Assembly (NCBI GenBank): GCA_964057225.1
Contig: OZ059900.1
Span: 7,254,001-7,318,000 of the forward strand
Length of the DNA stretch: 64,000 nt
DNA from: Auanema rhodensis
Lineage: Eukaryota; Animalia; Nematoda
Reading direction: 5' to 3'
Part shown: piece after piece, positions 1 through 13,010 of the stretch
Layout: every line of letters starts with the position of its first letter
Numbering within the stretch: the stretch's first letter is position 1
Made by a program: the position numbers and the translations under genes
The notes under the pieces: generated by a model
Databases searched by the model: none
What the model saw: only the letters and a program-made list of their open reading frames with translations
Told to the model about the DNA's origin: nothing

Positions 1-134
1 TTGATCTTAAACATATTTTTTTCTTCTAAAACAAACGCCATATATTCAACGATTTTGGGTACAAAACATGTGAAAACTGTATGTTTTGATCAGACCCTTT
101 GAGATATGGATTTGAATTTCAGGATTCATAAACT
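1..134. repeat. Partial monomer carrying a 94-bp internal deletion
   Basis: Position 1 corresponds to 255 (offset 254) but position 36 corresponds to 384 (offset 348). The junction reads ttctaaaac-aa-acgccata. Confidence 0.93.
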
Positions 135-3100
135 TTGACTATTTCCACATATATATGTTCAATTTTAACCACTTTGGTCAAAAAGGACCGAAAATATCAA
201 GAATTATTGGTTTTTTGGGGTTTGAAGAGCATTTTGGCAAAATCAGTCAAACTTTTGATCTTAAGCATATTTTTTTCTTCTAAAACAACTAAATGTATGA
301 AATACTTTCATAGAATGTTCATATAGGTGTATTTTGCACGAATATCAAAACTGATTGAAATATGGGCCTTTTTATGCTCAAAACGCCATATATTCAACGA
401 TTTTGGGTACAAAACATGTGAAAACTGTATGTTTTGATCAGACCCTTTGAGATATGAATTTGAATTTGAGGATTCATAAACTTTGACTATTTTCACATAT
501 ATATTTTCAATTTTAACCACTTTGGTCAAAAAGGACCGAAAATATCAAGAATTATTGGTTTTTTGGGGTTTGAAGGGCATTTTGGCAAAATCAGTCAAAC
601 TTTTGATCTTAAGCATATTTTTTTCTTCTAAAACAACTAAATGTATGAAATACTTTCATAGAATGTTCATATAGGTGTATTTTGCACGAATATCAAAACT
701 GATTGAAATATGGGCCTTTTTATGCTCAAAACGCCATATATTCAACGATTTTGGGTACAAAACATGTGAAAACTGTATGTTTTGATCAGACCCTTTGAGA
801 TATGGATTTGAATTTCAGGATTCATAAACTTTGACTATTTTCACATATATATGTTCAATTTTAACCACTTTGGTCAAAAAGGACCGAAAATATCAAGAAT
901 TATTGGTTTTTTGGGGTTTGAAGAGCATTTTGGCAAAATCAGTCAAACTTTTGATCTTAAGCATATTTTTTTCTTCTAAAACAACTAAATGTATGAAATA
1001 CTTTCATAGAATGTTCATATAGGTGTATTTTGCACGAATATCAAAACTTATTGAAATATGGGTCTTTTTATGCTCAAAACGCCATATATTCAACGATTTT
1101 GGGTACAAAACATGTGAAAACTGTATGTTTTGATCAGACCCTTTGAGATATGGATTTGAAATTCAGGATTCATAAACTTTGACTATTTTCACATATATAT
1201 GTCCAATTTTAACCACTTTGGTCAAAAAGGACCGAAAATATCAAGAATTATTGGTTTTTTGGGGTTTGAAGGGCATTTTGGCAAAATCAGTCAAACTTTT
1301 GATCTTAAGCATATTTTTTTCTTCTAAAACAACTAAATGTATGAAATACTTTCATAGAATGTTCATATATGTGTATTTTGCACGAATATCAAAACTGATT
1401 GAAATATGGGCCTTTTTATGCTCAAAACGCCATATATTCAACGATTTTGGGTACAAAACATGTGAAAACTGTATGTTTTGATCAGACCCTTTGAGATATG
1501 GATTTGAATTTCAGGATTCATAAACTTTGACTATTTTCACATATATATGTTCAATTTTAACCACTTTGGTCGAAAAGGACCGAAAATATCAAGAATTATT
1601 GGTTTTTTGGGGTTTGAAGAGCATTTTGGCAAAATCAGTCAAACTTTTGATCTTAAGCATATTTTTTTCTTCTAAAACAACTAAATGTATGAAATACTTT
1701 CATAGAATGTTCATATAGGTGTATTTTGCACGAATATCAAAACTGATTGAAATATGGGTCTTTTTATGCTCAAAACGCCATATATTCAACGATTTTGGGT
1801 ACAAAACATGTGAAAACTGTATGTTTTGATCAGACCCTTTGAGATATGGATTTGAAATTCAGGATTCATAAACTTTGACTATTTTCACATATATATGTTC
1901 AATTTTAACCACTTTGGTCAAAAAGGACCGAAAATATCAAGAATTATTGGTTTTTTGGGGTTTGAAGGGCATTTTGGCAAAATCAGTCAAACTTTTGATC
2001 TTAAGCATATTTTTTTCTTCTAAAACGACTAATTGTATGAAATACCGTCATAGAATGTTCATATAGGTGTATTTTGCACGAATATCAAAACTGATTGAAA
2101 TATGGGTCTTTTTATGCTCAAAACGCCATATATTCAACGATTTTGGGTACAAAACATGTGAAAACTGTATGTTTTGATCAGACCCTTTGAGATATGGATT
2201 TGAAATTCAGGATTCATAAACTTTGACTATTTTTACATATATATGTCCAATTTTAACCACTTTGGTCAAAAAGGACCGAAAATATCAAGAATTATTGGTT
2301 TTTTGGGGTTTGAAGGGCATTTTGGCAAAATCAGTCAAACTTTTGATCTTAAGCATATTTTTTTCTTCTAAAACGACTAAATGTATGAAATACCGTTATA
2401 GAATGTTCATATAGGTGTATTTTGCACGAATATCAAAACTGATTGAAATATGGGCCTTTTTATGCTCAAAACGCCATATATTCAACGATTTTGGGTACAA
2501 AACATGTGAAAACTGTATGTTTTGATCAGACCCTTTGAGATATGGATTTGAAATTCAGGATTCATAAACTTTGACTATTTTTACATATATATGTCCAATT
2601 TTAACCACTTTGGTCGAAAAGGACCGAAAATATCAAGAATTATTGGTTTTTTGGGGTTTGAAGGGCATTTTGGCAAAATCAGTCAAACTTTTGATCTTAA
2701 GCATATTTTTTTCTTCTAAAACAACTAAATGTATGAAATACTTTCATAGAATGTTCATATAGGTGTATTTTGCACGAATATCAAAACTGATTGAAATATG
2801 GGCCTTTTTATGCTCAAAACGCCATATATTCAACGATTTTGGGTACAAAACATGTGAAAACTGTATGTTTTGATCAGACCCTTTGAGATATGGAATTGAA
2901 ATTCAGGATTCATAAACTTTGCTTATTTTCACATATATATGTTCAATTTCAACCACTTCGGTCAAAAAGGACCGAAAATATCAAGAATTATTGGTTTTTT
3001 GGGGTTTGAAGGGCATTTTGGCAAAATCAGTCAAACTTTTGATCTTAAGCATATTGTTTTCTTCTAAAACGACTAAATGTATGAAATACTGTCATAGAAT

Positions 3101-4449
3101 GTTCATATATGTGTATTTTGCACGAACATCAAAACTGATTGAAATATGGGCCTTTTTATGCTCAAAACGCCATATATTCAACGATTTTGGGTACAAAACA
3201 TGTGAAAACTGTATGTTTTGATCAGACCCTTTGAGATATGGAATTGAAATTCAGGATTCATAAACTTTGCTTATTTTCACATATATATGTTCAATTTCAA
3301 CCACTTTGATCAAAAAGGACCGAAAATATCAAGAATTATTGGTTTTTTGGGGTTTGAAGGGCATTTTGGCAAAATCAGTCAAACTTTTGATCTTAAGCAT
3401 ATTTTTTTCTTCTAAAACAACTAAATGTATGAAATACTTTCATAGAATGTTCATATAGGTGTATTTTGCACGAATATCAAAACTGATTGAAATATGGGCC
3501 TTTTTATGCTCAAAACGCCATATATTCAACGATTTTGGGTACAAAACATGTGAAAACTGTATGTTTTGATCAGACCCTTTGAGATATGGAATTGAAATTC
3601 AGGATTCATAAACTTTGCTTATTTTCACATATATATGTTCAATTTCAACCACTTCGGTCAAAAAGGACCGAAAATATCAAGAATTATTGGTTTTTTGGGG
3701 TTTGAAGGGCATTTTGGCAAAATCAGTCAAACTTTTGATCTTAAGCATATTTTTTTCTTCTAAAACAACTAAATGTATGAAATACTTTCATAGAATGTTC
3801 ATATAGGTGTATTTTGCACGAATATCAAAACTGATTGAAATATGGGCCTTTTTATGCTCAAAACGCCATATATTCAACGATTTTGGGTACAAAACATGTG
3901 AAAACTGTATGTTTTGATCAGACCCTTTGAGATATGGATTTGAATTTCAGGATCCATAAACTTTGACTATTTTCACATATATATGTCCAATTTTAACCAC
4001 TTTGGTCGAAAAGGACCGAAAATATCAAGAATTATTGGTTTTTTGGGGTTTGAAGGGCATTTTGGCAAAATCAGTCAAACTTTTGATCTTAAGCATATTT
4101 TTTTCTTCTAAAACAACTAAATGTATGAAATACTTTCATAGAATGTTCATATAGGTGTATTTTGCACGAATATCAAAACTGATTGAAATATGGGCCTTTT
4201 TATGCTCAAAACGCCATATATTCAACGATTTTGGGTACAAAACATGTGAAAACTGTATGTTTTGATCAGACCCTTTGAGATATGGAATTGAAATTCAGGA
4301 TTCATAAACTTTGCTTATTTTCACATATATATGTTCAATTTCAACCACTTCGGTCAAAAAGGACCGAAAATATCAAGAATTATTGGTTTTTTGGGGTTTG
4401 AAGGGCATTTTGGCAAAATCAGTCAAACTTTTGATCTTAAGCATATTGT

Positions 4450-7400
4450 TTTCTTCTAAAACGACTAAATGTATGAAATACTGTCATAGAATGTTCATAT
4501 ATGTGTATTTTGCACGAACATCAAAACTGATTGAAATATGGGCCTTTTTATGCTCAAAACGCCATATATTCAACGATTTTGGGTACAAAACATGTGAAAA
4601 CTGTATGTTTTGATCAGACCCTTTGAGATATGGAATTGAAATTCAGGATTCATAAACTTTGCTTATTTTCACATATATATGTTCAATTTCAACCACTTCG
4701 GTCAAAAAGGACCGAAAATATCAAGAATTATTGGTTTTTTGGGGTTTGAAGGGCATTTTGGCAAAATCAGTCAAACTTTTGATCTTAAGCATATTTTTTT
4801 CTTCTAAAACAACTAAATGTATGAAATACTTTCATAGAATGTTCATATAGGTGTATTTTGCACGAATATCAAAACTGATTGAAATATGGGCCTTTTTATG
4901 CTCAAAACGCCATATATTCAACGATTTTGGGTACAAAACATGTGAAAACTGTATGTTTTGATCAGACCCTTTGAGATATGGATTTGAATTTCAGGATCCA
5001 TAAACTTTGACTATTTTCACATATATATGTTCAATTTTAACCACTTTGATCAAAAAGGACCGAAAATATCAAGAATTATTGGTTTTTTGGGGTTTGAAGG
5101 GCATTTTGGCAAAATCAGTCAAACTTTTGATCTTAAGCATATTGTTTTCTTCTAAAACGACTAAATGTATGAAATACTGTCATAGAATGTTCATATATGT
5201 GTATTTTGCACGAATATCAAAACTGATTGAAATATGGGCCTTTTTATGCTCAAAACGCCATATATTCAACGATTTTGGGTACAAAACATGTGAAAACTGT
5301 ATGTTTTGATCAGACCCTTTGAGATATGGATTTGAATTTCAGGATTCATAAACTTTGACTATTTTCACATATATATGTTCAATTTTAACCACTTTGGTCA
5401 AAAAGGACCGAAAATATCAAGAATTATTGGTTTTTTGGGGTTTGAAGAGCATTTTGGCAAAATCAGTCAAACTTTTGATCTTAAGCATATTTTTTTCTTC
5501 TAAAACAACTAAATGTGTGAAATACTTTCATAGAATGTTCATATATGTGTATTTTGCACGAATATCAAAACTGATTGAAATATGGGCCTTTTTATGCTCA
5601 AAACGCCATATATTCAACGATTTTGGGTACAAAACATGTGAAAACGGTATGTTTTGATCAGACCCTTTGAGATATGGATTTGAATTTGAGGATTCATAAA
5701 CTTTGACTATTTTCACATATATATGTTCAATTTTAACCACTTTGGTCAAAAAGGACCGAAAATATCAAGAATTATTGGTTTTTTGGGGTTTGAAGGGCAT
5801 TTTGGCAAAATCAGTCAAACTTTTGATCTTAAACATATTTTTTTCTTCTAAAACAACTAAATGTATGAAATACTTTCATAGAATGTTCATATAGGTGTAT
5901 TTTGCACGAATATCAAAACTGATTGAAATATGGGCCTTTTTATGCTCAAAACGCCATATATTCAACGATTTTGGGTACAAAACATGTGAAAACTGTATGT
6001 TTTGATCAGACCCTTTGAGATATGGATTTGAATTTGAGGATTCATAAACTTTGACTATTTTCACATATATATGTTCAATTTTAACCACTTTGGTCAAAAA
6101 GGACCGAAAATATCAAGAATTATTGGTTTTTTGGGGTTTGAAGGGCATTTTGGCAAAATCAGTCAAACTTTTGATCTTAAGCATATTTTTTTCTTCTAAA
6201 ACGACTAAATGTATGAAATACCGTCATAGAATGTTCATATAGGTGTATTTTGCACGAATATCAAAACTGATTGAAATATGGGTCTTTTTATGCTCAAAAC
6301 GCCATATATTCAACGATTTTGGGTACAAAACATGTGAAAACTGTATGTTTTGATCAGACCCTTTGAGATATGGATTTGAAATTCAGGATTCATAAACTTT
6401 GACTATTTTTACATATATATGTCCAATTTTAACCACTTTGGTCAAAAAGGACCGAAAATATCAAGAATTATTGGTTTTTTGGGGTTTGAAGGGCATTTTG
6501 GCAAAATCAGTCAAACTTTTGATCTTAAGCATATTTTTTTCTTCTAAAACGACTAAATGTATGAAATACTGTCATAGAATGTTCATATATGTGTATTTTG
6601 CACGAACATCAAAACCGATTGAAATATGGGCCTTTTTATGCTCAAAACGCCATATATTCAACGATTTTGGGTACAAAACATGTGAAAACTGTATGTTTTG
6701 ATCAGACCCTTTGAGATATGGAATTGAAATTCAGGATTCATAAACTTTGCTTATTTTCACATATATATGTTCAATTTCAACCACTTCGGTCAAAAAGGAC
6801 CGAAAATATCAAGAATTATTGGTTTTTTGGGGTTTGAAGGGCATTTTGGCAAAATCAGTCAAACTTTTGATCTTAAGCATATTTTTTTCTTCTAAAACAA
6901 CTAAATGTATGAAATACTTTCATAGAATGTTCATATAGGTGTATTTTGCACGAATATCAAAACTGATTGAAATATGGGCCTTTTTATGCTCAAAACGCCA
7001 TATATTCAACGATTTTGGGTACAAAACATGTGAAAACTGTATGTTTTGATCAGACCCTTTGAGATATGGATTTGAATTTCAGGATCCATAAACTTTGACT
7101 ATTTTCACATATATATGTTCAATTTTAACCACTTTGATCAAAAAGGACCGAAAATATCAAGAATTATTGGTTTTTTGGGGTTTGAAGGGCATTTTGGCAA
7201 AATCAGTCAAACTTTTGATCTTAAGCATATTGTTTTCTTCTAAAACGACTAAATGTATGAAATACTGTCATAGAATGTTCATATATGTGTATTTTGCACG
7301 AATATCAAAACTGATTGAAATATGGGCCTTTTTATGCTCAAAACGCCATATATTCAACGATTTTGGGTACAAAACATGTGAAAACTGTATGTTTTGATCA

Positions 7401-8275
7401 GACCCTTTGAGATATGGATTTGAATTTCAGGATTCATAAACTTTGACTATTTTCACATATATATGTTCAATTTTAACCACTTTGGTCAAAAAGGACCGAA
7501 AATATCAAGAATTATTGGTTTTTTGGGGTTTGAAGAGCATTTTGGCAAAATCAGTCAAACTTTTGATCTTAAGCATATTTTTTTCTTCTAAAACAACTAA
7601 ATGTGTGAAATACTTTCATAGAATGTTCATATATGTGTATTTTGCACGAATATCAAAACTGATTGAAATATGGGCCTTTTTATGCTCAAAACGCCATATA
7701 TTCAACGATTTTGGGTACAAAACATGTGAAAACGGTATGTTTTGATCAGACCCTTTGAGATATGGATTTGAATTTGAGGATTCATAAACTTTGACTATTT
7801 TCACATATATATGTTCAATTTTAACCACTTTGGTCAAAAAGGACCGAAAATATCAAGAATTATTGGTTTTTTGGGGTTTGAAGGGCATTTTGGCAAAATC
7901 AGTCAAACTTTTGATCTTAAACATATTTTTTTCTTCTAAAACAACTAAATGTATGAAATACTTTCATAGAATGTTCATATAGATGTATTTTGCACGAATA
8001 TCAAAACTGATTGAAATATGGGCCTTTTTATGCTCAAAACGCCATATATTCAACGATTTTGGGTACAAAACATGTGAAAACTGTATGTTTTGATCAGACC
8101 CTTTGAGATATGGATTTGAATTTGAGGATTCATAAACTTTGACTATTTTCACATATATATGTTCAATTTTAACCACTTTGGTCAAAAAGGACCGAAAATA
8201 TCAAGAATTATTGGTTTTTTGGGGTTTGAAGGGCATTTTGGCAAAATCAGTCAAACTTTTGATCTTAAGCATATT
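4450..8275. repeat. Higher-order duplication: ~5-monomer block repeated at 6-monomer (2088-bp) offset
   Basis: Variants cacgaacatc, gcttatt/ttcggt, ggatcc/ttgatcaaa, agagc/tgtgtga/aacggt and ttaaacat occur in the same order at ~4450-6185 and ~6538-8273. Confidence 0.88.
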
Positions 8276-11200
8276 GTTTTCTTCTAAAACGACTAAATGT
8301 ATGAAATACTGTCATAGAATGTTCATATATGTGTATTTTGCACGAATATCAAAACTGATTGAAATATGGGCCTTTTTATGCTCAAAACGCCATATATTCA
8401 ACGATTTTGGGTACAAAACATGTGAAAACTGTATGTTTTGATCAGACCCTTTGAGATATGGAATTGAAATTCAGGATTCATAAACTTTGCTTATTTTCAC
8501 ATATATATGTTCAATTTCAACCACTTCGGTCAAAAAGGACCGAAAATATCAAGAATTATTGGTTTTTTGGGGTTTGAAGGGCATTTTGGCAAAATCAGTC
8601 AAACTTTTGATCTTAAGCATATTTTTTTCTTCTAAAACAACTAAATGTGTGAAATACTTTCATAGAATGTTCATATATGTGTATTTTGCACGAATATCAA
8701 AACTGATTGAAATATGGGCCTTTTTATGCTCAAAACGCCATATATTCAACGATTTTGGGTACAAAACATGTGAAAACTGTATGTTTTGATCAGACCCTTT
8801 GAGATATGAATTTGAATTTGAGGATTCATAAACTTTGACTATTTTCACATATATATGTTCAATTTTAACCACTTTGGTCAAAAAGGACCGAAAATATCAA
8901 GAATTATTGGTTTTTTGGGGTTTGAAGGGCATTTTGGCAAAATCAGTCAAACTTTTGATCTTAAACATATTTTTTTCTTCTAAAACAACTAAATGTATGA
9001 AATACTTTCATAGAATGTTCATATAGGTGTATTTTGCACGAATATCAAAACTGATTGAAATATGGGCCTTTTTATGTTCAAAACGCCATATATTCAACGA
9101 TTTTGGGTACAAAACATGTGAAAACTGTATGTTTTGATCAGACCCTTTGAGATATGGATTTGAAATTCAGGATTCATAAACTTTGACTATTTTTACATGT
9201 ATATGTCCAATTTTAACCACTTTAGTCAAAAAGGACCGAAAATATCAAGAATTATTGGTTTTTTGGGGATTGAAAGGCATTTTGGCAAAATCAGTCAAAC
9301 TTTTGATCTTAAGCATATTTTTTTCTTCTAAAACGACTAAATGTATGAAATACTGTCATAGAATGTTCATATAGGTGTATTTTGCACGAATATCAAAACT
9401 GATTGAAATATGGGCCTTTTTATGCTCAAAACGCCATATATTCAACGATTTTGGGTACAAAACATGTGAAAACTGTATGTTTTGATCAGACCCTTTGAGA
9501 TATGGATTTGAAATTCAGGATTCATGAACTTCGACTATTTTTACATATATATGTCCAATTTTAACCACTTTGGTCAAAAAGGACCGAAAATATCAAGAAT
9601 TATTGGTTTTTTGGGGTTTGAAGGGCATTTTGGCAAAATCAGTCAAACTTTTGATCTTAAGCATATTTTTTTCTTCTAAAACGACTAAATGTATGAAATA
9701 CTGTCAAAGAATGTTCATATAGGTGTATTTTGCACGAATATCAAAACTGATTGAAATATGGGCCTTTTTATGCTCAAAACGCCATATATTCAACGATTTT
9801 GGGTACAAAACATGTGAAAACTGTATGTTTTGATCAGACCCTTTGAGATATGGATTTGGAATTCAGGATTCATAAACTTTGACTATTTTTACATATATAT
9901 GTTCAATTTTAACCACTTTGGTCAAAAAGGACCGAAAATATCAAGAATTATTGGTTTTTTGGGGTTTGAAGGGCATTTTGGCTAAATCAGTCAAACTTTT
10001 GATCTTAAGCATATTTTTTTTTTCTAAAACGACTAAATGTATGAAATACTGTCATAGAATGTTCATATAGGTGTATTTTGCACGAATATAAAAACTGATT
10101 GAAATATGGGCCTTTTTATGCTCAAAACGCCATATATTCAACGATTTTGGGTACAAAACATGTGAAAACTGTATGTTTTGATCAGACCCTTTGAGATATG
10201 GATTTGAAATTCAGGATTCATAAACTTTGACTATTTTTACATATATATGTTCAATTTTAACCACTTTGGTCAAAAAGGACCGAAAATATCAAGAATTATT
10301 GGTTTTTTGGGGTTTGAAGGGCATTTTGGCTAAATCAGTCAAACTTTTGATCTTAAGCATATTTTTTTCTTCTAAAACGACTAAATGTATGAAATACTGT
10401 CATAGAATGTTCATATAGGTGTATTTTGCACGAATATCGAAACTGATTGAAATATGGGCCTTTTTATGCTCAAAACGCCATATGTTCAACGATTTTGGGT
10501 ACAAAACATGTGAAAACTGTATGTTTTGATCAGACCCTTTGAGATATGGATTTGAAATTCAGGATTCATAAACTTTGACTATTTTCACATATATATGTCC
10601 AATTTTAACCACTTTGGTCAAAAAGGACCGAAAATATCAAGAATTATTGGTTTTTTGGGGTTTGAAGGGCATTTTGGCTAAATCAGTCAAACTTTTGATC
10701 TTAAGCATATTTTTTTCTTCTAAAACGACTAAATGTATGAAATACTGTCATAGAATGTTCATATAGGTGTATTTTGCACGAATATCAAAACTGATTGAAA
10801 TATGGGCCTTTTTATGCTCAAAACGCCATATATTCAACGATTTTGGGTACAAAACATGTGAAAACGGTATGTTTTGATCAGACCCTTTGAGATATGGATT
10901 TGAAATTCAGGATTCATGAACTTCGACTATTTCTACATATATATGTCCAATTTTAACCACTTTGGTCACAAAGGACCGAAAATATCAAGAATTATTGGTT
11001 TTTTGGGGTTTGAAGGGCATTTTGGCAAAATCAGTCAAACTTTTGATCTTAAGCATATTTTTTTCTTCTAAAACGACTAAATGTATGAAATACTGTCAAA
11101 GAATGTTCATATAGGTGTGTTTTGCACGAATATCAAAACTGATTGAAATATGGGCCTTTTTATGCTCAAAACGCCATATATTCAACGATTTTGGGTACAA

Positions 11201-13010
11201 AACATGTGAAAACTGTATGTTTTGATCAGACCCTTTGAGATATGGATTTGGAATTCAGGATTCATAAACTTTGACTATTTTTACATATATATGTTCAATT
11301 TTAACCACTTTGGTCAAAAAGGACCGAAAATATCAAGAATTATTGGTTTTTTGGGGTTTGAAGGGCATTTTGGCTAAATCAGTCAAACTTTTGATCTTAA
11401 GCATATTTTTTTCTTCTAAAACGACTAAATGTATGAAATACTGTCATAGAATGTTCATATAGGTGTATTTTGCACGAATATCAAAACTGATTGAAATATG
11501 GGCCTTTTTATGCTCAAAACGCCATATATTCAACGATTTTGGGTACAAAACATGTGAAAACTGTATGTTTTGATCAGACCCTTTGAGATATGGATTTGAA
11601 ATTCAGGATTCATAAACTTTGACAATTTTTACATATATATGTTCAATTTTAACCACTTTGGTCAAAAAGGACCGAAAATATCAAGAATTATTGGTTTTTT
11701 GGGGTTTGAAGGACATTTTGGCTAAATCAGTCAAACTTTTGATCTTAAGCATATTTTTTTCTTCTAAAACGACTAAATGTATGAAATACTGTCATAGAAT
11801 GTTCATATAGGTGTATTTTGCACGAATATCAAAACTGATTGAAATATGGGCCTTTTTATGTTCAAAACGCCATATATTCAACGATTTTGGGTACAAAACA
11901 TGTGAAAACTGTATGTTTTGATCAGACCCTTTGAGATATGGATTTGAAATTCAGGATTCATAAACTTTGACTATTTTTACATATATATGTCCAATTTTAA
12001 CCACTTTGGTCGAAAAGGACCGAAAAAATCAAGAATTATTGGTTTTTTGGGGATTGAAGGGCATTTTGGCAAAATCAGTCAAACTTTTGATCTTAAGCAT
12101 ATTTTTTTCTTCTAAAACGACTAAATGTATGAAATACTGTCATAGAATGTTCATATAGGTGTATTTTGCACGAATATCAAAACTGATTGAAATATGGGCC
12201 TTTTTATGTTCAAAACGCCATATATTCAACGATTTTGGGTACAAAACATGTGAAAACTGTATGTTTTGATCAGACCCTTTGAGATATGGATTTGGAATTC
12301 AGGATTCATAAACTTTGACTATTTTCACATATATATGTTCAATTTTAACCACTTTGGTCAAAAAGGACCGAAAATATCAAGAATTATTGGTTTTTTGGGG
12401 TTTGAAGGGCATTTTGGCTAAATCAGTCAAACTTTTGATCTTAAGCATATTTTTTTCTTCTAAAACGACTAAATGTATGAAATACTGTCATAGAATGTTC
12501 ATATAGGTGTATTTTGCACGAATATCAAAACTGATTGAAATATGGGCCTTTTTATGTTCAAAACGCCATATATTCAACGATTTTGGGTACAAAACATGTG
12601 AAAACTGTATGTTTTGATCAGACCCTTTGAGATATGGATTTGGAATTCAGGATTCATAAACTTTGACTATTTTTACATATATATGTTCAATTTTAACCAC
12701 TTTGGTCAAAAAGGACCGAAAATATCAAGAATTATTGGTTTTTTGGGGTTTGAAGGGCATTTTGGCTAAATCAGTCAAACTTTTGATCTTGAGCATATTT
12801 TTTTCTTCTAAAACGACTAAATGTATGAAATACTGTCATAGAATGTTCATATAGGTGTATTTTGCACGAATATCAAAACTGATTGAAATATGGGCCTTTT
12901 TATGCTCAAAACGCCATATATTCAACGATTTTGGGTACAAAACATGTGAAAACTGTATGTTTTGATCAGACCCTTTGAGATATGGATTTGAAATTCAGGA
13001 TTCATAAACT

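Larger units (their letters stand above)
1..9070. repeat. Satellite subfamily domain A (~26 monomers)
   Basis: Alleles seen only here: aaaacaact, tactttca, gaatttcag/gaatttgag, ttgcttatt, acttcggtc, catatatgtg, attgttttc, ttaaacat, ggatccat. Confidence 0.9.

Noticed and set aside
207-229. Telomeric T/G repeat or G-quadruplex (ttggttttttggggtttgaaggg)
   Set aside because: It is a single non-tandem occurrence per monomer with only two runs of three or more G.
392-408. CENP-B-box-like motif ATTCAACGATTTTGGGT
   Set aside because: It matches only 6 of the 9 essential positions of NTTCGNNNNANNCGGGN and lacks both required CpGs, so it is not supportable as functional.
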